DNA from: Macrostomum lignano
Taxonomy: Eukaryota
Reading direction: 5' to 3'
NCBI GenBank assembly: GCA_002269645.1
Contig: NIVC01002260.1
Coordinates: forward strand, 1 to 64,000
DNA: 64,000 nucleotides
The translations under genes and the position numbers were made by a program. The notes under the pieces were generated by a model. That model worked only from the letters and a program-made list of their open reading frames with translations. It was not told the DNA's origin and ran no database searches. Of the stretch, positions 21,438-32,979 are shown one piece after another. Each line of letters opens with the position of its first letter. Within the stretch, counting starts at the first letter, position 1.

Positions 21438-22811
21438 ATGGGCGCCGCACCAGCAGCTGGTGTGGCCATCGCTTCGGTGATGAAGCTCGGGCATAAGATC
21501 GTGGAGCTGCAGTTTGCCATCCAGAGACCGGACACATTCAACTGGACAAATGGCAGCTGCCAGAAGCTCAGCGCCAGCTCGCAGGCAACGGAGCATTCAA
21601 CATTTTTCACCTGGATCTGGGGGGCCAGATACCTGCTGCCCGTGCTAGGCGGCGCCCTGACCGTCTCCGGCATCGGCTATGTCCGGGTGCTGAAGTTGGG
21701 CGGCTGTCTCATGCTGCTGTCCGCCACTTTGATGTCTGTTGCAGTTCAAGTCGGCTGGATGTGCACTCGGCCGCAGCTCTGCTTGTTCCTGTGGCTCCTG
21801 CTGCCGCTCACCTTCGCTCTGGTCCATCCAAACGTCATGCACGCGATTTTCCGCTGGCATCGGCCCGGGTCGCGCAACTGTACGATTGTGTCGACCGTCT
21901 ACTGCGGCTCGGCTGTGCTGGGCGAGTGCATCGGCATGCTGCTGCCGGATGTCGCTGGCTCTGGCGTCACCTTCACCGGCGCTGCCATCTCTGTGCTGTT
22001 CCTGTGGCTGTCCCTCAGCCTGCGCGAGGAGCTGGAGTACTCCGTGCCACCAGTGTCGCGCCTGTTCCGCTACTGCTTCCTGTTTGCCGCGCTTATCGTC
22101 TTTGTGATCTCCGTGTCGGACTGCCGGTCCGCAGTCTACCAAGCCGAGATCCGGTACTGGCTGCTGTCTGTCGGCAGCTCGCCTAGTGCGAGCCGCTGGC
22201 TGAAAATTGCGTCGCCCGAGGTTGTCAAACTAATTAGCCTGGCGGCCACCTGCGCCGGGACGGCCATCCTTGCCTGGCGCCTGCCAGTCAGGCGGCTTCC
22301 GAGGCGGCAGCGAGTTCAGGCCGGAATCCTGCTGGAGAGTGGCGTGTCCATCGGCCTGATTCTGGTCAGCTTTCTGCAGCTGCCCAGCGAGACCGCCGTC
22401 TGTGCGGTCTACACGGCCGCCTCCTGTCTGGACGGAGTCGCCACCGGAGTGACGATGGTGGCCGCCTACGAGCTGATGGACGCCATGTCAGACAGGAGCG
22501 CCAAGCCGCTGGTCATTGGCATCGTGTTCACCGTGCTGGGGCTGGCAAACATCCTCGGTCAGCTGATGCTAGCGCTGTTGCGCTCAGTCCCCGTCGCAAA
22601 TCCCGTGCTGCTGCCGCGGGAGGGCAGCCGACCGCTGTTCTACGTGTACCACGTGATCATCCTGCTGCTGCTGCTGCTGTGCCTGGCCTACCACCGCTGC
22701 TTCGCCTTCCGGCTAGCCTCCACAGCCGTTATCGAAGAAGATGAAGAGGATGGTCGGGAAGCAGCCGAGAGGCCTCTAATCGAAGGCGGCCAGCAGGCGG
22801 CCGGCAGATGA
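21438..22811 (+). CDS. Divergent POT/PTR2 (SLC15-like) MFS transporter, paralog A (457 aa, intronless)
   Basis: Polytopic hydrophobic ORF. YLLPVLGGAL...G matches POT TM2 (YLTPILGALIADSWLG in PepT1). TM4, TM5, TM7 and TM10 also align with POT motifs. AATAAA downstream. Confidence 0.8.
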   Translation: MGAAPAAGVAIASVMKLGHKIVELQFAIQRPDTFNWTNGSCQKLSASSQATEHSTFFTWIWGARYLLPVLGGALTVSGIGYVRVLKLGGCLMLLSATLMSVAVQVGWMCTRPQLCLFLWLLLPLTFALVHPNVMHAIFRWHRPGSRNCTIVSTVYCGSAVLGECIGMLLPDVAGSGVTFTGAAISVLFLWLSLSLREELEYSVPPVSRLFRYCFLFAALIVFVISVSDCRSAVYQAEIRYWLLSVGSSPSASRWLKIASPEVVKLISLAATCAGTAILAWRLPVRRLPRRQRVQAGILLESGVSIGLILVSFLQLPSETAVCAVYTAASCLDGVATGVTMVAAYELMDAMSDRSAKPLVIGIVFTVLGLANILGQLMLALLRSVPVANPVLLPREGSRPLFYVYHVIILLLLLLCLAYHRCFAFRLASTAVIEEDEEDGREAAERPLIEGGQQAAGR

Positions 22812-23710
22812 TATCGGGATTTGCAATAAAAGCACTGAGACAATAAATCCGAACTTTTTAATGAATTTTTTAACTCGTCTGACCTGTGCGATCAAACATT
22901 TATCTTACTCTAATAAAGTATTTCATAGTGTTTTAAATGCATTCTCTCTCGTACTTTTCGATTCTCTTTTTCACTGGTTGGGTGAGAACTTGACTTACTT
23001 GACTTAGCTGCAGGTGGCGTCCGGCGGATGCAACGAGGAGGCGGAGGAGACCCCCCATTTCGCTAGCCCCTGGCGACCAATGACTTCCATTGAGCGAGAA
23101 CATTCTCTAAGTGTTTCGATAATGTAGGTGATTTTAGCATAAAAAAGCAGCGTGGGCTTGCGAATACAAACCCCATAGGTGGCCTGAGCATGGCCCCGTA
23201 CAGCCTACTGTTGTAGGCAGCCATAGGCCTGACCGACAGCTTTGATCTGTCGCGGTAGTCACGACACAGCGATTGACACTCCTGCGGATGTCTGCACAGT
23301 GCGCTGAGGTCTTGGCCGTTCCTCAGCCCATCTGATGCCACCTCCGTGCGTTTGAACCGTTCATGATGTCGAGCCCTCTTGACTGAGCTGTTGCTGCTGC
23401 TGTTTCCACCAGTTCTCAAAGCGCAGCAGGATAGGAAATGCTCATCTCACAGCATCTTACAGCAAATATTTTTATAAAAATCTATTAAATTCCAGTAATT
23501 CACGTTTACTGCACTTTTAAAATTGCAATATATTCACAGAAGTCAGTAATATTTCATTTTTTCCAGTTTGGTGTCGAAAACTAGGGCGGAAAAGTATCTG
23601 AATAACAAAAGAACGGTGCATCAATTGACAGAAGGCTTTGAGCATTACATGTAATACTGGCATCTTTTGAGAAACACGAAGAATTAGCCTGCTCGATGCC
23701 GAAAGCGAAG

Positions 23711-25135
23711 TCAGATCACGCCTTCTAACAAGTGTCTCTCCTCCGGATTCAGCCCAGGCTCTCTTGAATCATCATCATCTAACTGCTCGGATTCCGTGTC
23801 ACAGGGCTCGGCGTCCGCGATCTGGACAGAAATCGGCAGCGTGACCAGCTTGTGGTAGAAAAAGCAGGCAGTCAGCGACAGCACCGCAATCAGGTGGTAG
23901 ATGAAGAACGGCGGTCTCGATCCAGCGTGGTATTCATTGATTCCATTTACCATGCAAACCAGACCATGACTCACATAGTTGGCGAGTCCCCAGACTGTGA
24001 ACATGACGCCGAGGATCAGGCACTGCGAGCTGTCTGGCAGAAGCGAGCACCCGAGGTCGTAGGCCGCGACCATGACCAGCAGCTCGGCAGCTCCGTCCAG
24101 AACGGACATCAGGGAGTACACGGCCACAGTTGCAGCTGGAGAGCTCAGTCCAACTAGGGTCACAATGATGAGGCAAACATCAACTAAGCACTTCAGTAGG
24201 ATTCCAGTCAGAATTCGAGACTTTACGTCCAGCTTCCGTCGGCTCTTGACCGCGGCAATTATCATCGGCAGAGCCAGGACGTCAATACTGACGCATTTTA
24301 TCCCGTTAGGTGCCAGCCATGTGTGCGCGACAGCATCCGCGGTCTCATTCATAAAGTAATTCATTTCTGATAGATAAACTTGCGATCGAGAGTCGCTCAG
24401 GAAGGTCATGAACAAAATTAGTGCAGAGAAAATTTGGAAGTACTTCAACATCCTGCTTTTCGTGGGCAATTCGAACGGGTACTCTCGAAGCTCCGGCAGA
24501 AACGCAGTCAGCGTTAGGAAGGCGAGGCTCACGGCCACGAACACGAGGGTGAAGCTGTGTCCGAGCACGCTGACGCACCCAAACTGCAGGAACGGCGAAG
24601 ACACCAGCTCCCCGAAAGCTGCAACGGCATAATAGATTGTTGCGGTCACTGTGCACAGCCTGCTCCTTCTGTGCCAGCAGAACATGGCCATGAGAACGGA
24701 CGGTTGAACGAGTCCAAAAAACACGGGTAGGAGCAGCCAGGTAATGATAACCACCGGCGAGTCCTGGCACATCAGGCCGAGAAACACCGACACGGACATC
24801 AGCACTGTCGACAGCAGCATCACTGCGCCACCAAGCTTGAGGACCCGCTTGCATCCGAACCAAGCACTGGACATGAAGCCTCCAACAATTGGCAGAATGT
24901 AGCGGGAAACGTAAATCCATTCCGTGATTCTGTCTGTTAGCCTGTCAGATGGACTGTCGGCCTGGCTACCATTAAAGTAGCAAGTTTCGCCTGCTGACAC
25001 CATGCCATTGTTAGTAAAGTTACTGCTGCGGTGGAAGTGGGCTGGATTGAACGCTCTGAACTCCCGTTCGACGAGCTTGTTTAGTATCTTCATCTGGGCG
25101 GCCATGACAATGCTTAGCCCTGCTGTGGAGGTCAT
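23711..25135 (-). CDS. Divergent POT/PTR2 (SLC15-like) transporter, paralog B (474 aa, intronless)
   Basis: Intact ORF; YILPIVGGFMSSAWFG, FGLVQPSV, YYAVAAFGEL, GAAELLVMVAAYDL; acidic tail ending EERHLL. Confidence 0.85.
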   Translation of the reverse strand: MTSTAGLSIVMAAQMKILNKLVEREFRAFNPAHFHRSSNFTNNGMVSAGETCYFNGSQADSPSDRLTDRITEWIYVSRYILPIVGGFMSSAWFGCKRVLKLGGAVMLLSTVLMSVSVFLGLMCQDSPVVIITWLLLPVFFGLVQPSVLMAMFCWHRRSRLCTVTATIYYAVAAFGELVSSPFLQFGCVSVLGHSFTLVFVAVSLAFLTLTAFLPELREYPFELPTKSRMLKYFQIFSALILFMTFLSDSRSQVYLSEMNYFMNETADAVAHTWLAPNGIKCVSIDVLALPMIIAAVKSRRKLDVKSRILTGILLKCLVDVCLIIVTLVGLSSPAATVAVYSLMSVLDGAAELLVMVAAYDLGCSLLPDSSQCLILGVMFTVWGLANYVSHGLVCMVNGINEYHAGSRPPFFIYHLIAVLSLTACFFYHKLVTLPISVQIADAEPCDTESEQLDDDDSREPGLNPEERHLLEGVI

Positions 25136-25855
25136 TGCCGATGATCAGCTTGAACTGAATCTGCAAGCAAGCAAGCGCAAAGAGAGCTTTAATTTACAGA
25201 CCCTACTCTCGGTTGTATTTATGGGCACTACACTGTACACCAGCCATTCCTTCCTGCGCTTCTCAAACTGGATTGAGCACGTCCAAGCAGCCTTCCAGCC
25301 TCTTGTCGAGTTCTATTGTGCCAAGCTGTGCAAAAACTGAGATGAAACTGTATAGAAGCCCTAAAAACTTGCCCCCCCGCAACGCGTTTTTAGCGCAGTA
25401 GCATCCTTATTTTATACGAGTGTACTTCGTATATGTCTTCATCGCCTCATCAGAAAGAGCTTAATGTATAATCAGTTTCCTCGCTCTTTGACAATGCAAG
25501 CGGGGTTGCTAAGAAGAGTTTTTTAGCAACTTCAGTGTCCCAGAGCGGCAAACTCGTCAAGGATTTACTCCTGCTGTTTACTCATTGCATTTAATGTGTG
25601 TGGGATGGTTGCTCAACGAAATTAACCAAATTTCACTGCAATCCTTCAATAAAAAATCCGTCACAGCTAAAAAATTGCCAAAAAAAGAAGTTGAAACTCT
25701 AGAAACAACTTCTCTTAGCAAACTTGAATGGGAAGTCCTATAAGGGACAAAAAAGCTTGTATGAAAGTGCAACATCAGGCATACTCGCAATTTAGCTTTT
25801 AAAATATTGCAGGTAGACGCAAGAATGGCTTCACAAACAAAGTAGCACGCAGGCC

Positions 25856-27285
25856 TTAGGGGCGATCAAGCAAAGGGCGCGTTTCTACATCAGAGTCCGC
25901 GTCATCCACGATCTGGTCGTTTTCGGCCGCGTCAATCTCATCTTCCTCGCTGAGGGCGGTCATGTGACTGGCAGTCGGCAGCGTGACGAACTTGTGATGG
26001 CAGAAGCAGCCGATCAGCATCACCAAGGCGATCAGGTGGTAAACGAAAAACAGCGGCTTTGATCCTTTTCGCGAGTTGTTGACGTCGACTAAAAGCCGAA
26101 AGAGTCCCCGACTGACAAAGTTCGAAACTCCTCTGACAGTGTACATGACGCCGAGGATCAGGCACTGCGAGCTGTCTGGCAACAGCAGACACCCGAGGTC
26201 GTAGGCCGCAACCATGACCAGCAGCTCAGCAGCTCCGTCCAGAACGGACATTGTCAAGTAAATGGCAAGTGCTACTGTGACCGAGGCCGAATCGAATGAG
26301 GTGACAATGATGAGGCACAGTTCGATTGCACACTTCAACAGAATTCCAGGCAGCATGCGAGACGGAGCAGCCAGCCTCCGCCTGCTTATGACAGCTGCAA
26401 GCATCAAAGGCAGGGACAGAACCAGAAAACTCGTGCACTTAATAAACTCCGGGGACAGCCATCTCTGCTCCACGATACTAAGAGTTCCATTCAATAGATA
26501 GTTCAATTCGGATTTGTAAACTGCAGGCCTTTCGTCACCCTCAAAGGCTAAAAATAGTATCAGCGCTGAAAAGATCTGGAAGTACTTGATCATCCGTCTA
26601 GTCGTTGGCAGTTGGGAATGGCTCTTCCTCGCGGATTTCTGGCATGAATGCCGTCAATGTAAGAAACGCGATGCTCACCACTATGAACACCAGAGTAAAA
26701 TTGCGTCCAATAATGTGTTCTGATGCGAAATACCTGTACACAAACGGCATGGATATCATCTCTCCAAGAATAGCAAACGCGTAGTACGTGGTAGTCATCA
26801 CAGTGCACAGTTTATCTTTGCGGTGCCACCAAAAATATAGCGAGCAGAATGTTGGGCTGGTTGAGTCCGTAGAACACTGGCAGGAGCAGCCACGTGATGA
26901 TGATAACGGGCGAATCCTGGCACATCAAATCGAACTTCACAGAAAAAGCGAAAAGTACAGTCGACAGTAGCATTGCATTTCCTCCGAGCTGGAGGACTCT
27001 GACGCAGCCGAGCCAGGCGCTGGATACCAGCCCGCCCAGCACAGGCAGCAGGTATCTCCCGGTGTACAGCCATGACGTGGCCAAATGCATGGCTGTGGGC
27101 GCTCCAGCTAAACTGGCATCGAAGTAACACGTCTCTTTGGAGTTTGAGACTGCTGGACCATTGCTTGTGTGGTTCTTTCTATGAAAGTGGGCCGGATCCA
27201 ACGTGCTGAATTCCAGTTCGACAAGTTTGCACATCAGCTTCATCAGGCAAGCCACGAAAATGCAGTGCCCAGCTCGGATTTGCAT
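25856..27285 (-). CDS. Divergent POT/PTR2 transporter, paralog C, broken by two +1 frameshifts (assembly error or recent pseudogene)
   Basis: Three ORF pieces (26812-27285, 26598-26801, 25856-26593) join into a full-length paralog. This requires removing one base from the A5 run at 26831-26835 (gives IFWWHRKDKLCTV) and one from the G3 run at 26614-26616 (gives EPFQLPTTRRMIKY). Confidence 0.8.
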
Positions 27286-28619
27286 GATTTCCTTCTGCAG
27301 AAAATGCTCTTACCGTGCTAGATGATGCTTCTAATACATTTTTGCGATGACGCATAAATCTATTTACTCACTTCAAGCCCGTCGCTGTGCCAATGTGTCG
27401 TACATGCACTCGTTCTGCGCCTCGCGGGGACTGAAAACAGCCTTCTCTCTGTGCATTCCAGTTTCACTCACCAGTGCGCTTTAGACGCCAGTACGACCCC
27501 GAAATGCACAGGCCTCGAGGGACCAATTAGCGTCCTCCTGCGTGTTTGCTGTGCAAACCACTGTGCGCAAACGCTCTGCGGAAGCGTGCAGACACCCTCG
27601 GCCAGCCCACTGCGCATCTCGGGAATAAGTTATTAAGAGCCAGCATCAAAATGTGCATTATTCTATTATTCTTAATTACCATCTGAATAAATATTTTGAC
27701 AAGCATTCGAAATTCCATACGATGGTGTGACACACAACTGGAACTCTGGGGTAAACAGCGTTTGGGAGCTGCGAACCACTCAGTGCCAGCACTGCACAGG
27801 CTGTACGCCACGGCGCCCCCGGAACAACCCTCGGACGCGCCACAATTGCAGCGTCTGTGCGCTTGGCTGTATTTGGCACAGTTGCGGCGAGCCGGGGTAT
27901 GCATGCATATGAACCAGAAATATCTATACGAAAATGCATACTTGCAGCTTCCAAGCGAGTGGCAAGTAGGTAAATGATTAGAATCACCCAGCCCAAACTA
28001 GAATATTTACATCTACACTGCCGATTAAATTTCGTTTCAGTTACATTGGCCGATACAAAAATTCTGTGCAGACTGCGCGCTGACTTATGTGATGGAGGAC
28101 TAGCCCTGCCCCCCCCCCCGTCACTCTGAAGTTGCCACGCTCGTGCGCTTGTAACCACCCGGTAAAATATTAGGGATTTACAGCGGCTTTGAATTTAAAG
28201 GACTCAAAGTTCGTTTGGAGAGATTTTTGCCAGACTAAATATGATCCTTGGATGGATCTGTTGCTAGCCGGTTAATCAATAGAAATAGCGCAGTTTTACT
28301 TTTAGTAAGTTGCAGATAGATTGGGCTCAGATGATGAATATTCAAGCACATTAAATAATAAAAATACCATAGAACGAGCTAATTTAGCGAGCGAGGCGAA
28401 TCAAGCACCCGGGTATGCTTTTATGACAGTTAAAGATCAAGGACCACTAGCACACGATCTTTCAGTGTAACGTCCTGATATACTGCTAGTGGTCCTTGTT
28501 AATGATTTGCATTGTTGTGGCTATAATAAATGTGAGATTAGGAAGTTGAGAAGAACAAAACATATTGTTGCGAAATGGGAGCTGCAACTGAGGTTGGATT
28601 TTCTGGAAAAATTGTGGGG

Positions 28620-28812
28620 ACATGCTGCAGACATGCTGGAGATATGCTTTAGACATGCTGGAGACATGCTGCAGACATGCTGCAGACATGCTGCAGACAT
28701 GCTGGGGACATGCTGCAGACATGCTGGAGACATGCTGCAGACATGCTGCAGACATGCTGCAGACATGCTGGGGACATGCTGCAGACATGCTGGAGACATG
28801 CTTTAGACATGC
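28620..28812. repeat. 11-bp tandem repeat (CATGCTGCAGA/CATGCTGGAGA)n
   Basis: Directly visible. Confidence 0.93.
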
Positions 28813-28986
28813 CGGAGATATTAGTCGAAGTTTTTTCAAGACAAAACCAACAGCTTTATTCGAACCAGTACCCATGGAAGAAAGCTTTTGAAATGCATAC
28901 GACTATTTCCTCGTGAAGTGTCCAGAGAACCTGACAGCAGCACCAAATCCGAAACAAGGACAACTTAAGTTGTCCTTGATCCGAAA

Positions 28987-30420
28987 TCAGTCAAGTATAC
29001 TCCGCAGTTCCGGGTTCGAGTTCTCATTATCAGGATCGTCTTCTAACTGTTCATCGGCGGCCGCATCGAGCTCAGCCTCTTCGCTGAGTTCGGCCATCCG
29101 ATCAGCCATCGGCAAGGTGACGAACTTCTGGTACAGAAAGCCAGCGGACAGCAGCAACAGGGCAATGAGGTGGTAAACGAAGAACAACGGCTTAGATCCA
29201 TTTTGGAAATTATTGAGCTGCTTTGAAACACGAAGCAAGCCCGCACTGACAAAAATTGCGAGGCCCCATACAGTGAAAATGATGCCGAGAAGCAGGGCCT
29301 GCGCGTTGCCTGGCAACAGCAAGCACCCGAGATCGTAGGTCGCAACTGTCACCAGCAGCTGGGCCACTCCGTTGAGAATAAACGTAATGATGTACACGCT
29401 AGCAGTTGTAGTCACGTGTGTCAGTCGACTGAGGTTACAATGAGTAGAGACAGCTCAACTGCACACTTCAGCAGGATTCCAGAAAGCATCCGAGGCGCCA
29501 CGGGAAGTCTCCTACCGCTCATTGCTGCTATCAATATCAGGAGCGGTGCTGTGACAACGAGAGTGACGTCTCTGACCCAGGAAGGCGAGAGCCAAGGACA
29601 TTCAGTAGTGTCGACCGTTTCCCGCATGAAGAAGCTCATTTCAGACAGGCTGATGGCCGAACGGGCGTCATTTAACACAGCAAAAATCGGAATAAGCGCT
29701 GAAAAGATTTGGAAGTATTTTCATCAACCGCTGCTTGCTTGGCAATTCGAACAGACCCTCCTCGGGTACTTGTGGAATGAAGGAAGCCAACAATTGGTAG
29801 GCGAGGCTTATTGCAACGAATGCCAGCGTGAAGTTTCTGAGAACGCTCGTCCTTGGGAAATGCTCGCAGACAAACGCCGCGGACACCAAATCGCCGATTG
29901 CGGCGATAGCGCAATAGGCTGCCGTCACTGCGGTGCACAGCCTGCCTCTTCTGTGCCAGCAAAACAATGCCATCAGAATATTCGGCTGGTTGAGTCCGTA
30001 GAACACTGGGAGGAGCAGCCATGTGATGATGGTGATGGGCGAGTCCTGGCACATCAGGCCGAGGTGCACAGACACGGCCAGGAGGACCGTCGAGAGCAGC
30101 ATTACGGCGCCACCGATCTGAAGAACTCTGACGCAGCCGAGCCAGGCGCTGGACACCAGCCCGCCGAGAACGGGAATCAGGTATCTGGCAGAGTACAGCC
30201 ATGATGTCGTCAGCTGAATGCCTGTTGGTCGATCAGCCTTCCTGAGCTCATAACTGCACAGCCCATCATAGTTTGCTTGTGCCGGGGCATTTTCACTGAT
30301 GTTTTTCCAATAGAAATGCTCAGGGCTCAACAAACTGAACTCAATTTCAACAAGCTTGAACAGAAGCTTCATCAGACTGGCAAGAAGTAAGCACCTCCAA
30401 GGTTGCGCGCTCATAGTCAT
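28987..30420 (-). CDS. Divergent POT/PTR2 transporter, paralog D, broken by one +1 and one -1 frameshift
   Basis: ORF pieces 29668-30420, 29421-29678 and 28987-29415 join into a full-length paralog. There is an extra base in the T4 run at 29718-29721 (removal restores MKYFQIFSAL) and a missing base near 29428. Confidence 0.8.
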
Positions 30421-30972
30421 ATTTTTACACCGTTTGAAGACAGCTTAAACCATGTCGATGAACAAGACAGAGGCAATCAAAGCGGCAGTTGGCGAGCAAG
30501 AGGCGGCGTCAGCAAAATTGATTGCAGAGATGACGAGAGTGGCGAGAGAGCAAAGGCCACGCGGCGGCATAAATATGCACCCCCACAGTTTACAACTCAT
30601 TACTCCGCCCCGCGCGTACATAGGCAAGCCAGTGAACGGAGCAGAGTAATGCGCTCGTTGGCACACATTGAACGCCACCGTTTTGCACGTCCCTGGCGCG
30701 CTCTCTAAACTCTAAAAGCGATCAAAGCCAGTTATGAAATTTTTAAGCCCTTCTGCATGACTGAATGCACTGTTTGTTTACATATTTGTAGGTTCACAGA
30801 TTCGACAATGAATTCAGAAGCTTCATAATCGTAATTCATAATCATAACCGACCGTTTGCCCTGCTCTTGCCTGGCATTGGCTGGTCGCACTCTGACAGAC
30901 TTCACTGCCTCGCCTGCAGCTCTTCAGTTTGTGCTTTCTACATCAAACAGTTTAATTCTAAATCTACATCAA

Positions 30973-31101
30973 AGAGAATATTGAGCATACATAGAATGCC
31001 AACGTAGCTTTTAAAAGTGAAGGCGAACTCCCGGCGGAACGCGAAAATCGGCTTCACTTTTTAAAGCTACGTTGGCATTCTATGTGTGCTCAATATTATC
31101 T
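30973..31101. repeat. Near-perfect inverted repeat/hairpin (~50-bp arms, ~22-nt loop); mini-MITE or hairpin RNA precursor
   Basis: Left arm AATATTGAGCATACATAGAATGCCAACGTAGCTTTTAAAAGTGAAGGCGA pairs with the right arm with only a few mismatches. Confidence 0.85.
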
Positions 31102-32182
31102 GTTATAAACTTCGAATTGCGATAGGATTTACATTTACTGTTTAGTGTTGAATGGGGTTTAGCCATAAACAACTTCATACACTCTGGCCGCTTACCGGTC
31201 TCCGGTAGCATTTCATGAAAATTGTTCGATGAACTTGTGAGTTGCACCTCGGACAAAACAAATGAAATGTTTGTAAATTGTAAAAACATTGCAAGCTTTG
31301 CATCTCGCCAATGCATTTTGTAACGAGAAATATTTACACGACTTGCGAGTGCAGCACCCTTCTGGTTGAGTTGTCCATGGAGAAATCCGTGCTCGAATAG
31401 ACTATCATGGAAACTCTCTCAAATCGATGCAAGTTTGAGAGAGTTTAACAGTGCTCTGCGGAAGAATGAGCAAAGAAGAAGTCACAAACCGACGAAGAAA
31501 GCAAAGGTAAGACTGAAGGTGAGACCAAAACTCCCAACCCAAGTTCCCAGTTTTTATGATCCCAGTTTCTAGGGAAACCATGCCGATTCACAAAAAACCC
31601 TTGTTGTTACCAATAGTAGTACCTGCTCAGCAGCTCTGCTCAGCAAAATTCAGTATATTGAAGGAAATGCGGGCATAAGCCGCTATCGTGAACCGAATTT
31701 CCTAATCGCGAGGTAAAGAGAGTCTTCCTTTGGTCTCGGAGTTAATCACTTTGCATAGTTAGCGAAGGCTTCTGTCATAGACATAAAATGAACCAATAGT
31801 CCATACACATCAAAATTAACTACTTCGAAGTAGCAGTTTATGAACGTGCCACGGAGAGTTTTAGCCTAATTTTACTTGCAGATGTTTGCTATGGTCGAAA
31901 AGTCTTGCTACCACAGACAAAAAGCTCAATTACTTGGCGAACAAACCTTGGGTTAAATTCAATGCGTGCAGGCCCAAATATGGGCTGCAAAAAGCTACAT
32001 TGGCTCTCTTTTCTTATTGCTGTACATATGCTAGGCACATTTATACAGAAATATGAAATTAATATATAGTCAAAGGGATCAAATTTCGTTTTACTATGCA
32101 TTAACAAAATACGCTCGTAGCTGGTACTTGCAAACAAGCGCATTAAAGTCAGTTTCAGATTGCCTCATCATTCACTTCCATC

Positions 32183-32650
32183 CAGGGGCGTCGCTAACGG
32201 GGGGACAGGGGGGACATGTCCCCCCTGTAAAAGATCTGGGGGGACATGCCAATGCATTGTCCCCCCCAACCCCACCTTGTGACCCGTTATGGAAATCAAT
32301 AATGTTGCTGCACGGTGACAAAACATAGTGCCTGCGGCGCTAAAATGAGTGCCTGCGGCGCTAAAATGAGTGCCTGCGGCGCTAAAATGAGTGACCGAGG
32401 CGCCAAAATGAGTGTCTGCGGCGCTAAAATGAGTGACCGAGGCGCCAAAATGAGTGCCTGCGGCGCTAAAATGAGTGACCGAGGCGCCAAAATTAGTGCC
32501 TGCGGCGCTAAAATGAGTGCCTGCGGTGCTAAAATGAGTGCCTGCGGCGCTAAAATGAGTGACCGAGGCGCCAAAATTAGTGCCTGCGGTGCCAGAATGA
32601 GTGCCTGCGGCGCTAAAATAAGTGCCCGTGGCGCAAAAATGAGTGCTGAC
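32183..32650. mobile_element. Possible hAT-like element end (CAGGGGCGTCGCTAAC) followed by a 21-bp minisatellite (GAGTGCCTGCGGCGCTAAAAT)n
   Basis: The repeat at 32330-32645 is directly visible. The terminus resembles the TIR of the 60709 element, but no partner TIR or TSD was found. Confidence 0.4.
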
Positions 32651-32979
32651 AACACCGATTCTGAAAATAATCTAAAAGTTCAGTTAGATGTGATTTTCTA
32701 TAAACAGTTATTTAGATTATAGTGTAACAATGTTTCCAACACGAAAGTATCTAATAGTCCTCACCTATTCAAAATAGCAACTGCAAATACATCAATGATG
32801 GCTATGGAGTATGAAGTGCCAAATATGCAAGCTATGCGCGTGTATTCAAAGCGGATCACACAAATATGTGGCGTTGCTATTCCTCTTTGCTAATCAGCCT
32901 CTGTCCGCTAAATCTGCACGCTAAATCCATTCAACGAGCTCTTCATAGACATTTCGAAAGAGACTGAGAGGTTTCAAAA

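Noticed and set aside
23010-23072. TIR-like ends (CGCTAGCCCCTG at 23061-23072; similar at ~6991 and ~28145)
   Set aside because: No partner TIR or TSD found by eye
27500-28160. Short ORFs between transporters C and D
   Set aside because: No recognisable domain; several stops; possibly decayed transposon sequence
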